Source: Heterodontus francisci (lineage: Eukaryota). From it: a DNA stretch of 64,000 bases. This document shows positions 47,361 through 59,862 of the stretch, one piece after another. Location of the stretch: assembly GCF_036365525.1 (NCBI RefSeq), contig NC_090383.1:85549123-85613122 (forward strand). Reading direction: 5' to 3'. A model generated the notes under the pieces. It saw only the letters and a list, made by a program, of their open reading frames with translations, was not told the DNA's origin and did not search any database. Both the position numbers and the translations under genes were made by a program. Numbering within the stretch: the stretch's first letter is position 1; the number at the start of each line of letters is the position of its first letter.

Positions 47361-47420
47361 CTTGCGCAGCTGCAGCAGCCGCCAGAACGCACAGCGAAAT
47401 CCATTCGGAATTGCCGCCAT
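47361..47420 (-). CDS. MRPS10: MRPS10 exon 1: MAAIPNGFRCAFWRLLQLRK (mitochondrial presequence-like)
   Basis: CCAAGATGGCG Kozak/YY1 context and AAG|GTAACG donor in a CpG island. The spliced CDS is 615 nt = 204 aa. Confidence 0.88.
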
Positions 47421-47650
47421 CTTGGCCACAACGCCGACAACTTCCGGGTCAGAGAGCACTGCTGCCTAGTGACGTGCGCGTTGTCAGCAAGAACAAGTGG
47501 AAGATGTTAAAAACAGAACAAAGTTAATCCTGACAACACCGCGGCCCGCTGACGTCATCAGAGCGCTGCAAGCTACGCACTTGCGCAAACGAGATCGTGC
47601 TCTCTGCGCATGATCTCTAACTTGCAACCATTCCGACTGATGACGTTAGG
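47421..47650 (-). promoter_or_regulatory. MRPS10 CpG-island promoter
   Basis: ETS/GABPA ACTTCCGG at ~47440, CRE-like TGACGTG at 47470 and TGACGTCA at 47550, NRF1-like TGCGCATG at ~47605, and YY1 overlapping the ATG. These motifs are typical of nuclear-encoded mitochondrial genes. Confidence 0.7.
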
Positions 47651-48900
47651 GCAGCAGAGCAATGATAGATTCCCTGTGTGAATGGAATAGTCTGGTGCAG
47701 GAGTTACTAACACTTACCCTTTTGTCACAGGGTGAAGCACGTGGCTTGTCCACTGACGAAAGAAAACACAAAACTATCAGAAATAAATTGTTCAGGCTAA
47801 AGCTAATAGTCCAAATAATTTGCAAGGTAGATGATTATACAGCGTAGAACAAGCAACCGGCAGTATAATAGTTTTACTCACATAATGCTTAAGCTACATC
47901 ACAACATAATGGAATCCAAAACCTTAGCAGTTTAACAGTATTTGATGATTTAGGGGCTTGGTTCCCTTTGTATTGCCACAACATGGAAAGGGCAGGCAAG
48001 CAGGAGAGTGAAAATACAGGTAAATTCACACTTAATGGACAATTCTTTTGGGATTCCAAAGCTGATGACAAAACAAAAGATCAAAGAAACTCCTTAAAAC
48101 TAGGCAGACATTCATGTTATTAATCTATTCATATAATCATTGAATCTTATGGCACAGAAGAAGGCTATTCCTGTGCCAGTTTTACTAATCATGTAGATGA
48201 ATCGTGAAGCTGTGTTTCAGGATGTCTATTCACGTCTCCTGCCCTGGACTATCAACTGGTGGCAACTGCTGTGATGGTGCAGCAAACAAAGGTAGAGTTT
48301 TGTCTGCTTTCCCAGTTCAGTACAGTGCCATGGGTAGTCTCTGCTGTTGGAGGTGTCAAATTTTAGATGAGATATTAAACCAAGCTCCTATCTGCCTGTT
48401 TAGGGGGTGTAAAAGATCCCATGGCACTATTGTAAAAACAGCAGCGAAATCTCCCAGTATTTTGGCCAACATTTATCCCCCATCTAACAGCATCAAAAGA
48501 GTAGCTGGTAAACTGTCTTTCAGTAGGTAAGACTTTGTTTTGTAGAATTCTGTATTTTCCTACATTACTAACTATACTTCAACAGTAATTAATTAACAGT
48601 GGGGATGTACTTTGGTAAGAAAAATAGAAATATCACCTGCACCTTAGAAAATAAACTGAATGGGGTAGAAAGCATAGGGATATAAGTGAACAAATCATTA
48701 AAAGTAGCATTGCAGGTTAGTAAAGCAGTTAAAAATACTAACAGAGCACTGGAATTTTTTTCTATGGGCATAAAATTCAAAAGTAGTGAAGTTATGTTAG
48801 ACTTGTATAGGGATCAGGGGGAAAATCAACAGGCTCTTGGAGAGGTTTGAGTCAATTAAGGATAGCCAGCATGGATTTGAAAAATAAAAACAAGAAATGC

Positions 48901-49150
48901 TTAGTTTTTTAGCTTTAGAGATACAGCACTGAAACAGGCCCTTCGGCCCACCGAGTCTGTGCCAACCATCAACCACCCATTTATACTAATCCTACACCAA
49001 TCCCATATTCCTACCACATCCCCACCTGTCCCTATATTTCCCTACCACCTACCTATACTAGGGGCAATTTTATAACGGCCAATTTACCTACCAACCTGCA
49101 AGTCTTTTGGCTTGTGGGAGGAAACCGGAGCACCCGGAGGAAACCCACGC
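48901..49150 (-). mobile_element. 5'-truncated HE1/V-type SINE
   Basis: Reverse complement reads GCGTGGGTTTCCTCCGGGTGCTCCGGTTTCCTCCCAC..GGGCCTGTTTCAGTGCTGTATCTCTAAAG. Confidence 0.8.
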
Positions 49151-49196
49151 TGGAAATACTCAGCAGGTCTGGCAGCACCTGTGGATAGAGAAGCAG

Positions 49197-49233
49197 AGTT
49201 AACGTTTCGGGTCAGTGAACCTTCTTCAGAACT
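49197..49233 (-). ncRNA. Minimal type-I hammerhead ribozyme motif (canonical CUGAAGA..GAAAC-GUU)
   Basis: Reverse complement reads AGTT-CTGAAGA-A-GGTTC-ACT-GACCC-GAAAC-GTT-AACT. Confidence 0.75.
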
Positions 49234-49813
49234 GGCACATATTAGAAATGTAAAAGGTTATAAGCAAGTAAAGCGGGGGTGGGGCAAGAGATAACAAAGG
49301 AGAAGGTGTAGATAGGACAAGGTCACAGAATAGCTGACCAGAAGGTCGTGGAGCAAAGGCAAACAATATGTCACTGGTGTATTGAAAGACAAAGCATTAG
49401 TACAGATAGGGTGTTAACGGACTGAAAATTGAACAGCAGCAAGTACAAACATGAAAAAAAACAGTGGGTAAGCAAACTAAGATGAAATAAAATAAAATAA
49501 ACACAAAAAATATATATAAAAAAGGAAAAAGAACAAAATAACTTAAAAATAAGAGTGAAATGGGGGGCCCGTCATGCTCTGAAATTATTGACCTCAATGT
49601 TCAGTCCGGCAGGCTGTAGTGTGCCTAATCGGTAAATGAGATGCTATTCACTGTTCACTGCAGCAATCCCAGGACAGAGATGTGAGCATGAGAGCAGGGG
49701 GGAGTGTTGAAATGGCAAGCAACCGGAAGCTCAGGGTCCTGCTTGCGGACTGAGCGGAGATGTTCCGCAAAGCAGTCACCCAGTTTGCGTTTGGTCTCCC
49801 CAATGTAGAGGAG

Positions 49814-50131
49814 CCCGATCCAACCATCTGTTTACTTACCTTCCTGACACCGAACCTGCAAGAAGCTGCAGTACGTGCGCAATGATGTCATAGTGATGTC
49901 ACTCGTTCACTGCGCAGACTGAGTTTCGTCCCGGACTCCCAGCTCAGGTAAGTTTTTTATTTTTAATACTTACCAGCAGAGCACTTACCATGTGTGTCTG
50001 GCCCGACCCGACCTGGACTCGGCCCAACCTGACCCGAGCCCGAAAGCCAGCCCCGGAAGATGGGCCCGACCCAACCCAAACCCGACACATGTCGTTGGGT
50101 CCCGTCAGGTTCGGGTCGGGTAGCAGGCCTC
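49814..50131. mobile_element. End of a hAT-like non-autonomous DNA transposon
   Basis: Clustered (CCCGA)n/(TCGGG)n subterminal repeats ending GGGTCGGGTAGCAGGCCTCT. Confidence 0.55.
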
Positions 50132-50292
50132 TCGGGCACAGACCTTGCCACCAGCTATACGTTGAGCAGCAGGAAGAGAAAGAGGAAGGGAGGAGGCAAC
50201 TGACAAAGCCCTTTTCTGACCAGCATATCCATGAACAGCTCATCTGGCTGTGATACAATTAAATGCAACCCCAATTCCCCATTCACCAACAG

Positions 50293-52612
50293 TCATAGAG
50301 TCGTACAGCATAGAAACAGGCCCTTCGGCCCACCGCGTCCATGCCAACCATGATGCCTATCTATACTAATCCCACCTGCCTGCATTAATTCCATATCCCT
50401 CTATGCCTTGCTCATTCAAGTACCTGTCCAGTACCTCTTAAATGTCGCTACTGTTCCTGCCTCCACCACCTCCTCAGGCAGCTCATTCCAGATACCCACT
50501 ATTCTTTGTGTGAAAAATTTACCCCTTTGATCCCCTTTAAACCTCCTCCCTCTCACCTTAAATCTATGCCCTCTAGTTTTAGTCACCCCTACCACGGGAA
50601 ACAGACTCTGGCTATCTACCCTATCTATGCCTCTCATAATTTTATATACCTCTATCATGTCCCCTCTCAGCTTCCTTCGCTCCAGGGAAAACAGACCCAG
50701 CCTATCCAATCTCTCTTTATAACCCGAGCCCTCCAAACCAGGCAACATCCTTGTGAATCTTTTCTGCACCTTCTCTAGCTTAATCACATCTTTCCTGTAG
50801 TGCGGCGACCAGAACTGCACACAGTACTCCAAATGCGTCCTAACCAACGTTATGTACAACTGTAACATGACGTCCCAACTCTTGTACTCAATGCCTCGGC
50901 CGATGAAGGCAAGCATGCCATACGCCTTCTTCACCACCCTGTCTACCTGTGTTGCCATTTTTAGGGAACTATGTACTTGCACCCCAAGGTCTCTCTGCAC
51001 AACAACACTCCCCAGGGCCCTGCCATTCACTGTATATGTCCTGCCCTGGTTTAACTTCCCAAAATGCATCACCTCACACTTGTCTGCATTAAATTCCGTT
51101 TGCCACTCCCTTGCCCACTTTCTCAGTTGATCTATATCCTGTTGTAACCTTAGACAACCTTCTTCACTGTCCACTATGCCACCGATTTTGGTGTCATCAG
51201 CAAACTTACTAATTATGCCCCTTACATTCACATCCAAGTGATTAATATATATGACAAACAACAGAGGGCCCAGCACCAATCCCTGCGGCACACCACTGGT
51301 CACCGGCCTCCAATCTGAAAAACAACCCTCCACTACCACCCTCTGCCTCCTCTCACCAAGACAATTTTGTATCCAATTTACTAGCTCACCCTGGATCCCA
51401 TGTGTTCGAATCTTCTGGACCAGACGACCATGCAGGACCTTGTCAAAGGCCTTGCTAAAGTCCATGTAGACAACGTCCATCGCCCTGCCCTTGTCAATCC
51501 TCTTGGTCACCTCCTCGAAAAGCTCAATCAAATTCGTGAGACATGATTTTCCACTCACAAAGCCATGCTGACTATCCCTAATCAGACCATGCCTTTCCAG
51601 ATGCATATAAATCTTGTCTCTCAGAATCCCTTCCAATAACTTTCCCACCACTGATGTAAGGCTCACCGGCCTGTAGTTCCCTGGCTTATCCCTGCTGCCC
51701 TTCTTAAATAAAGGCACAACATTAGCTATCCTCCAAACTTCCGGTACCTCACCTGTGGCTAACGATGATACAAAAATCTCTGCCAGGGCCCCAGCAATCT
51801 CCTCCCTTGCTTCCCATAGCATCCTAGGATACACCTGGTCAGGCCCTGGGGATTTATCCACCTAATGCACTTCAAAACCTCCAACACGTTCTCCTTTGTA
51901 ATGTTGATATGCTCCAGGATATTCCTTCCCTTGAACTCACTAGCTCCCATGACCTTCTCCACGGTAAATACGAACGAGAAATATTCATTTAAGACCCGCC
52001 CATTTCCCGTGGCTCCACACATAGATTGCCACACTGATCCTTAAGAGGACCTACTCTCTCCCTTGTTACCCTTTTACTCTTAATATACTTATAGAATCTT
52101 TTAGGATTCTCCTTTATCTCATCTGCCAGGGAAATCTCATGGCCCCTTTTTGCCCTCCTAATTTCCTTCTTAAGTGTAGTCCTACATCCCCTATACTCCT
52201 CAAGGGTCTCTCTCGATCCCAGCTGCCTATACCTGACATATGCCTCCTTCTTTGTCCTGACCAGACCCTCAATATCCCTCATCAACCAAGGTTCCCTAAA
52301 CTTGCCAGCCTTGCCCTTCCATCTAACAGGAACATGCCGGCCATGAACTCCTCCTATCTTACTTTTAAAAGGCTCCCACTTGCCAGACGTCCCTTTACCT
52401 GTAAACAGCCTCTCCCATTCAACTTTTGAGAGTTCCTGTCTGATGCCATCGAAATTAGCCTTCCCCCAATTTAGGACTTCAACCTGAGGACCAGTCCTAT
52501 CCTTTTCCATAACTATCTTGAAGTTAATAGAGTTATGGTCACTGGTCCCAAAGTGCTCCCCCACTGACACATCAACCACCTGCCCATCCTCATTTCCTAA
52601 GAGAAGGTCGAG
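50293..52612 (-). mobile_element. Young CR1 LINE, 5'-truncated, RT domain open (481-aa ORF)
   Basis: ORFs 50416-51861 and 51989-52618 carry DKSPGPD, NYRPVSLTS, MDFSKAFDK, PQGLVLGP and KFADDTK. Confidence 0.95.
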
Positions 52613-52619
52613 TCCCACA

Positions 52620-54295
52620 TCTTACCTTCCCTCAGTTATTGACTATCACAAACCAAAAATAAAAGCTACCAGAATCATTCCAAACCAGGTATCACCTTCG
52701 TGGATTGCCTTAGTGCCTGTCTTCTGTGTGCCTTTGACTGTCCCAGTGCTCCTACGCAGTGCTACCTCAGTGGCTGCAGCATGGCTGGGGGAAGGCTGCT
52801 GGCTTTCAGTGTGGGACACTGCAGATGCCCTCGATGACAACCTTAAGCAACTCTGGGCCTAGAAGGTCCGACATCATATTCCACCATCTCTGCATGGAGG
52901 CAGCACTCTGGGCTGGTTGGCTGACAGGCAACAGCAAGGGCACTGGTGGAGTTGCAAGAGTAGGAGGTCAAATGTCATCCTGAGAGAGGACTGCAGATTC
53001 GTGCTCCACTCTCCTGGGACAGTGCCACAGCAGTCTAATAATTTGTTGGCAGACAGATTGCGGGACCTCTGTGGAACCCTGCAAGCCCCTTTGAACACTG
53101 TTATCTGCACATGATGGCAGCAATCTGAGCTTTCATGGCAGCAAGCTAAGCTTGCTTGAGAGCAGTCTAACTTTGCATGGCAGCAAGTCAACCTTGCAGG
53201 CCAGAGGTCTGAGCTTCCACTGCAGCCTCCAAACACTGGGTGTCTTGTGCTTGTGCTGCAATGGAAGCTGAGACATCAGCCATCAGACGCTGCATCATGG
53301 TTGGGTCCACAAGTGTGCTAATGGATTTGACCACCACTTCCATGTTGGAAAGGGTGGGCTCGAAGCTCTGCACAGAGCCCTTTGCAAATTTGGTGCCAGA
53401 CTCCTCCATGCTGCTTGACATAACATGCACACTTTCTGGCAGGCCTGCCACTGCACCAAGCATTTCATAGTTCATACTCAGAAGCCTTCTACTGCAGCCT
53501 GCCCCATCAAAGTACTCATCTGAGTCCTCTGCAGCAGAACCTGTGTGTGACTTCGCCCTCCAGGGATCTGGGACCTGCGTTATCCTTGCCCTGGTTGCAG
53601 GCCACTTGTGCCCGGTGTCTTACCATGTGCAGATCCCTCCTCTAATCCATCCTCTAAGATACACACAGTGTCAGTATCTGAGCTGGTGACTGCAGAGAGC
53701 ATCAAGTGTTTCTTCATCATTACTGTCTTCCTGCTCTTCCACCTCTGCCTGTCAAGGTTGCAATTCTTGAGAATCTGAAAGGAGAAAGGCTTAAGAGGTG
53801 CACACTTACACCATCTTCAGCTTGTAAATTATAAGAAATTGTGGGATGAGGGCAATGTGCCCTGTAAGCTACGCTGGTGCATGGCCGTGTTAGCAATCCA
53901 GAATATATCTGTACAGTGCAACAAACAAGGTGTACACAACAAAGAATATTTAGCGGGAACATTGGATAAGGAGACGTAGGATTTGAGAGGGAGGATTAGG
54001 TATGAGGATACCATCACCTTCGATGGTTTTAACCCCTCCACTGGCTATGGCCTCAACCATGGTCACTCCAATGAAGGGTGCTACTGTATCATCCATCAGT
54101 GGCAGCTGCGCCAGTCCCCCACTGGTTAGGTCTTGCTGTCTCCAGTTATGCACCAACTTGTCCTGCAAAAGCGAGGAAAGTGTATCAGTGAGTGTGGTGC
54201 ACTATGTTTCGGTGAGGTGGTCATGGTTGAATAGCTGGCAGTGTGTACAAGCTGTGAGATTTGGGTGTGAGGCTTGCAAGAGTGCTACAGTCACA
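52620..54295 (-). mobile_element. Degraded Harbinger-type transposon accessory (Myb/SANT) gene, downstream exons
   Basis: CAG|DKLVHNWRQQDLTSGGLAQLPL..IGVTMVEAIASGG resembles the TGGG motif that follows Myb/SANT domains in Harbinger proteins. A coiled-coil-like ORF lies at 53188-53475. Confidence 0.5.
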
Positions 54296-54303
54296 CTGCT
54301 TAC

Positions 54304-54407
54304 AAAAACAAAATACTGCAGATGCTGGAAATCTGAAATAAAAATAGAAAATACTGGAAATAATTAGCAGGTCAGGCAGCATCTGTAGAGAGAAAGTAAG
54401 AGTTAAT
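54304..54407 (-). mobile_element. Short Penelope-derived element copy lacking the hammerhead core
   Basis: Reverse complement reads TTAACTCTTACTTTCTCTCTACAGATGCTGCCTGACCTGCT..TTTCCAGCATCTGCAGTATTTTG. Confidence 0.75.
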
Positions 54408-54409
54408 AT

Positions 54410-55245
54410 GCTGAATTTTACTGGGACGGAGGAAGTCCCCACATTGGAGCCCAAATCGGGTCACGTGGCTGCTCAGGTGAGAGGCGGGACACGGAAGCGG
54501 ATTTTGCTGCTCACATACAATTAATAGCCAGCAGGCAGGTGGTGTGTGGGGATGTCCCAGCAGCTGAAATGCTGATGCCATTTTAAAGGGATGGCAGCAC
54601 TTGTAAAGGCATTATACAGAAAAGCACCTGGAAGGGAGAGTAATCAAGGGTTGCTTTCAAGGAATGGCTGCAGTTAGAGGAAAAGCAGCTCCCAGGTTTA
54701 GTGCTGCCTTCCTGGAAGTGCTTCTCCAGGTGGCAAGGGCATGTTGTGAGGTTCTTTCCCATTTGCCGGGAGGAAGAGGCCAACAAGCCTCACCAAGAAG
54801 GTGCGGCTGGAGGTCACAGACGAAGTCAGCAGCAGTGGGGGGGTGGTCGTACGGACATGGTTCCTGTGCCGCAAGCGACTCAATGACCTGCTGAGATCTG
54901 GCAAGGTGAGTGGACCTCGTTATACCAAACTTGCAGCCCTGGCTGTCACAAAAGGTGCCAATGAAATGTGAGATGAGGTTAAGGACCCAGGCATCAGGCA
55001 CCAGTGTTCACATCGAGGCACATAGTAGCCTCACAGCAGAAGCCTCTGGCCAGTCAGCATTGAGCATGGCCAATATTAAATGGCCCCTAGCAGTAGGCTT
55101 CCCAGTGGAGCAAGGCTGAGCCTTGAAACTCACACAAATGACGAGCACAGCTAGGCTATGTGAGACCAGTAACACGGTGTATGTATTTGCAGTAGAGGCA
55201 AGCTCACAATGCCAAGGAGCAGAAACTAACTGGAGGGGGATTTCC
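54410..55245 (+). mobile_element. Harbinger-like transposon left part with a Myb/SANT exon (54664-54905, one frameshift)
   Basis: GCTGAATTTT terminus. Translation MAAVRGKAAPRFSAAFLEVLLQ..GRKRPTSLTKKVRLEVTDEVSS..VRTWFLCRKRLNDLLRSGK|GTGAGT. Confidence 0.7.
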
Positions 55246-57357
55246 ATTTTTTAAAATTATTCAGTCATGGGATGTGGGCATCGCTGGCTAGGCCAGCATT
55301 TATTGCCCATCCCTAATTGCCCTAGAGAAGGTGGTGGTGAGCTGCCTTCTTGAACCGCTGCAGTCCTTGGGATATAGGTACATTGACAGTGCTGTTAGGA
55401 AGGGAGTTCCAGGAATTTGACCCAGTAAAAGTGAAGGAACGGTGATATAGTTCCAAGTCAGGATGGTATGTGGCTTGGAGGGGAACCTGCAGGAGGTGGT
55501 GTTCCCATGCATCTGCTGCCCTTGTCCTTCTAGGTGGTAGAGGTCGCGGGTTTGGAAGATGCTGTCGAAGGAGCCTTGGTGAGTTGCTGCAGTGCATCTT
55601 GCAGATGGTACACATTGCTGCCACTGTGCGTCGGTGGTGGAGGGCGTAAATGCTGAAGGTGGTGGATGGGGTGCCAATCAAGCGGGCTGTTTGTCCAGGA
55701 TGGTGTTGAGCTTCTTGAGTGTTGTTGGAGCTGCACTCATCCAGGCAAGTGGAGAGTATTCCATCATACTCCTGACTTGTGCCTTGTAGATGGTTGACAG
55801 GCATTGGGGAGACAGGAGGTAAGTTACTCGACGGAGAATTCCCAGCCTCTGACCTACCTGTTCCTGCAGCCATAATATTTATGTGGCTGGTTCAGTTCAG
55901 TTTCTGGTCAATGGTGACGCCCAGGATGTTGGTAGTGGGGGATTCAGTGATGGTAATGCCATTGAACATCAAGGGGAGGAGGTTAGATTCTCTCTTGTTT
56001 GAGATGGTCATTGTCTGGCACTTGTGTGGTGCGAATGTTATTTGCCACTTATCAGCCCAAGCCTGGACGTTGTCCAGGTCTTGTGCATTTGGACATGGGC
56101 TGCTTCAGTATCTGAGGAGTCGTTAATGGTGATGAATATTGTGCAATCATCAGCAAACATGCTCACTTTATGATGGAGAGAAGATCATTGATGAAGCTGC
56201 TGAAGATTTTTTGGCCTAGGACACTACCCTGAGGAACTCCTGCAGTGATGTCCTGGGACTGAAATGATTGATCACCAGCAACCAGAACCATCTTCCTTTG
56301 TGCTAGATATGACTCCAACCAGTGGGGAGTTTCCCCCCCAATTCCCATTGACTTCTAATTTGCTAGGGTTCCTTGATGCCACACTCAGTCAAATGCTGCC
56401 TTGATGTCACCCTCACTCACGTTTGTAATTCAGCTATTTTGTCCATGTTTTGATCAAGGCTGTAATAAGGTCTGGAGCAGAGTGGCCCTGGCAGAACCCA
56501 AACTGAGCACTGGCGAGCAGATTATTGCTGAGTAAGTGCCGCTTGGTAGAACTATTGACAACACCTTACTTTGCTGATGATTGAGAGTAGACTGATTGAC
56601 TGGACTGGATTTGTCCTGCTTTTTGTGGACAGGGCATAACTGGGCAATTTTTCACATTGTCAGGTGCTGTAGCTGTACTTGGCTAGGGGCCCAGTTAGAT
56701 CTGGAGTAGAAGCCTTCAGTACTGCAGCCAGGATATTGTCAGAGTCCATAGCCTTTGCTGTATCCAGTGCCTTCAGCTGTTTGTTGATTCATGTATCAAA
56801 TTGGCTGAAGACTGGCATCTGTGATGCTGGGGACCTCAAGAGAAGGCTGAGATGGATCATCCACTCTACACTTCTGGCTGAAGATGGTTGCAAATGCCTC
56901 ACTTATGTGCTGGGCTCCTCCATCATTGAGGATGGCGATGTTTGTGGAGCCTCCTCCTCTGTTTAGTTGCTTAGTAGTTCACCACCATCCATGACTGGAT
57001 GTGGTAGGACTGCAGAGCTTCGATCTGATCCGTTAGTCATGGGATCGCTTAGCTCTTAGCATGCTGCTTCCACTATTTATCATACATGTAGTCCTGTGGT
57101 GTATCCTCACCAGGCTGGCATCTCATTTTTAAGTATGCCTGGTGCTGCTCTAGGCATGCTCTCCTACACTCCTCTTTGAACAAAGGTTAGTCCCCTAGCT
57201 TGGTGATAATGGTAGAGTGAGGAATATGCCAGGCCATGAAGTTACAGATTGTGGTTGAATACAATTCTGCTGCTGATGGTCCACAACGCCTCATGAGTGC
57301 CCAGTTTTGAGCTGCTGGATTTGTTCTGAATCTATCTCATTTAACATGGTGGTAGTC

Positions 57358-58222
57358 GCACACAACAGGACAATATAGATGGGCTGGTAAAATGGGCAGA
57401 GCTGTGGCAAATGGAATTTAATCCTGAGAAGTGTGAGGTGATGCATTTTGGGAGGACTAACAAGACAAGGGAATATACAATGGATGGTAGGACCCTAGGA
57501 AGTACAGAGGGACCTTGGTGTACTTGTCCATAGATCACTGAAGGCAACATCACAGGTAGATAAGGTGGTTAGGAAGGCATATGGGATACTTGCCTTTATT
57601 AGCTGAGGCATAGAATATAAGAGCAGGGAAGTTATGATGGAGCTGTATAAAACGCTAGTTAGGCCACAGCTGGAGTACTGTGTCCAGTTCTGGGCACCAC
57701 ACTATAGGAAGGATGTGATTGCACTAGAGAGGGTGCAGAGGAGATTCACCAGGATGTTGTCTGGGCTGGAGCATTTCAGCTATGAAGAGAGACCGAAAAG
57801 GCTAGGGTTGTTTTCCTTAGAGCAGAGAAGGCTGAGGGGAGACATGATTGAGGTATACAAAATTATGAGGGGCATTGATAGGTTAGATGGGAAGAGACTT
57901 TTTCCCTTAGTGGAGGGTTAATAATCAGGGGGCATAGATTTAAGATAAGGGGAAGGAGGTTTAGAGGGGATTTGAGGGAAAAGAATTTCACTCAGAGGGT
58001 GGTTGGAAACTGGAACGCACTGCCTGAAGGGGTGGTAGAGGCGGGAACCCTCACAACATTTAAGAAGTATTTAGATGAGCACTTGAAGCGTCATAGCATA
58101 CAAGACTACAGGCCAAGTGCGAGAAAATGGGATTAGAATAGTTAGGTCCTTGATGGCCGGCACGGACACGATGGGCTGAAGGGCCTGTTTCTGTGCTGTA
58201 TAACTCTATGACTGTCTATGAC
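57358..58222 (+). mobile_element. CR1 3' end (subfamily of 42269-46630)
   Basis: [35 protein letters not shown] and a (CTATGACT)n tail. Confidence 0.92.
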
Positions 58223-59055
58223 TTTAACACAATGGAGGGTGTCCTCAGTCTGAAGATGGGACTTTGTCTCCACAAGGACTATATGGTGGTCATTCCTATC
58301 AATTGCTGTCATGGACAGATGCATCTGTGCCTGGGAGATTGATAAGTACAAGGTCAAATAGATTTTTCCCCTCTTTGTTTTCTGGCAAATGTGTCCTTCA
58401 GGACATGGCCAGCTTCATCAGTAGTGGTGCTACTGAGCCACACTAGGTGATGGACGTTGAAGTTCCCCACCCAGAGTACATTCTGTGCCCTTGCTAGACT
58501 CAGTGCTTCTTCCAAGTGATGAAGGAGCAGTGATTTATCAGTTGAGGGAGGGCAGTAGGTGGTCATCAGCAGGAAGTTTCCTTGCCCGTGTTTGACCTGA
58601 TACCTTGAGACATCATGGGGTCTGCAGTCAATGTTGAGGACTTCCAGTGCCACTGCATGACTCTATACCACTGTGTCACAATGTCTGGTAGTTCTGTCCT
58701 GCCAGTGGGTTAGGACATACTCAGGGATGGTGATGGAGGAGTCTGAGATACTGGCTGTAAGGTATGATTCAGTGAGTATGACTATGTCATACTGTTGCTT
58801 GACTAGTCTGTGGGTCAGCTCTCTGAATTTTGGCACAAGTCTCCAGATGTTAGTGAGGAGAACTTTGCAGGGTCAACTAGGTAGCATGTGCCATTGTTGT
58901 TTCTGGTGCCTAAGTTGATGTTGGGTTGGTCAGTCTGGTTTTATTCTTATTCAAATTTTCCGTTGCAGTTTGATACAGCTGAGTGGCTTGCTAAGCTATT
59001 TCAGAGGGCAGTTAAGAGTCAACCACATTGCTGTGTGTCTAAAGTCACATGTTGA

Positions 59056-59862
59056 TGTCATGCTAAGCCCCCAACTGCCAAGAATGAGGCACATTAATTT
59101 TGTCATGAACATTGATTTTTAACTGTTGTTGGTGTGAGGAAATGACTTGATAAACAGATCAGCCATGGCTGGAAATTTATTTTTACATACTAACAGACAT
59201 CGAAAGTGAGGAAGCGCATTCCAGGGCCTGCGAAGGAGGATATACAATCCACAAGGGCCAGGACTGGTTAGACCAGTTGGTCACATGACTAACTGGCTGT
59301 TCCAGTGTTTTGAACTAGCTACAGAGAGTTTGAACTCAGAAAGACTGTTTGCTCATGGACTGAGAAGATCTCTCCTGTCTACTCCCATCTCTTTCTCACA
59401 AGCCTCTGAATCCACTGATGACACATGAACCCCAAGAGAGAAAAGTCTCCTCCAGCGTACAAGGTTTAAGAATACGGGGCTCCACTAAAAAGCAAGACCT
59501 ACCTATAATCAAGGACTCTACAGTGAGCTTGAAGAACCGTAATAAAAACTCTTCAGATATTTCACTTTATTTTTTTTTGTTCTGCTCTTTTCTGTCTCTA
59601 TTTGCATGTGTGTATCGCGTGTGCATGCCGGTGTGGGTGCATCATATATCTGTAGGCTTCAACTGAATTAGAGTTTAATAAATTTCAACTTTTCTTCTTT
59701 AAACCTAAACCTGTTTGTGCTGGTTTCTTTGCCTTATAATTGGAAAGCGGTGAACAAAGATTCACCAAGGGGGAGCTAAAAACAGAGTGTTTAAAATTAA
59801 ACGCTGTTACGGTAAGACCAGGTGAAGGCTGAGAGGGACACCTTTCTCACCTGGTCATAACA
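59056..59862 (+). mobile_element. Solo LTR
   Basis: TGTCATG..CATAACA with TSD GTTGA/GTTGG and internal AATAAA. The host LINE 5' region resumes on both sides. Confidence 0.75.

Larger units (their letters stand above)
48880..49813 (-). mobile_element. Penelope-like element 3' end (same family as 1-1004), with a SINE inserted in its terminus
   Basis: Reverse complement of ~285-1004 with an internal deletion. Confidence 0.9.

Noticed and set aside
47662-47847. Gene divergent from MRPS10
   Set aside because: Short ORF with no recognisable product or downstream exons; the following sequence is repeats.
49990-50125. CRISPR-like or coding repeat in the (CCCGA)n cluster
   Set aside because: Irregular pentamers in both orientations fit DNA-transposon subterminal repeats; the context is eukaryotic and there are no spacers.
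50416-51861. Longest ORF (481 aa) as a host gene
   Set aside because: It is CR1 reverse transcriptase, 5'-truncated with upstream frameshifts.
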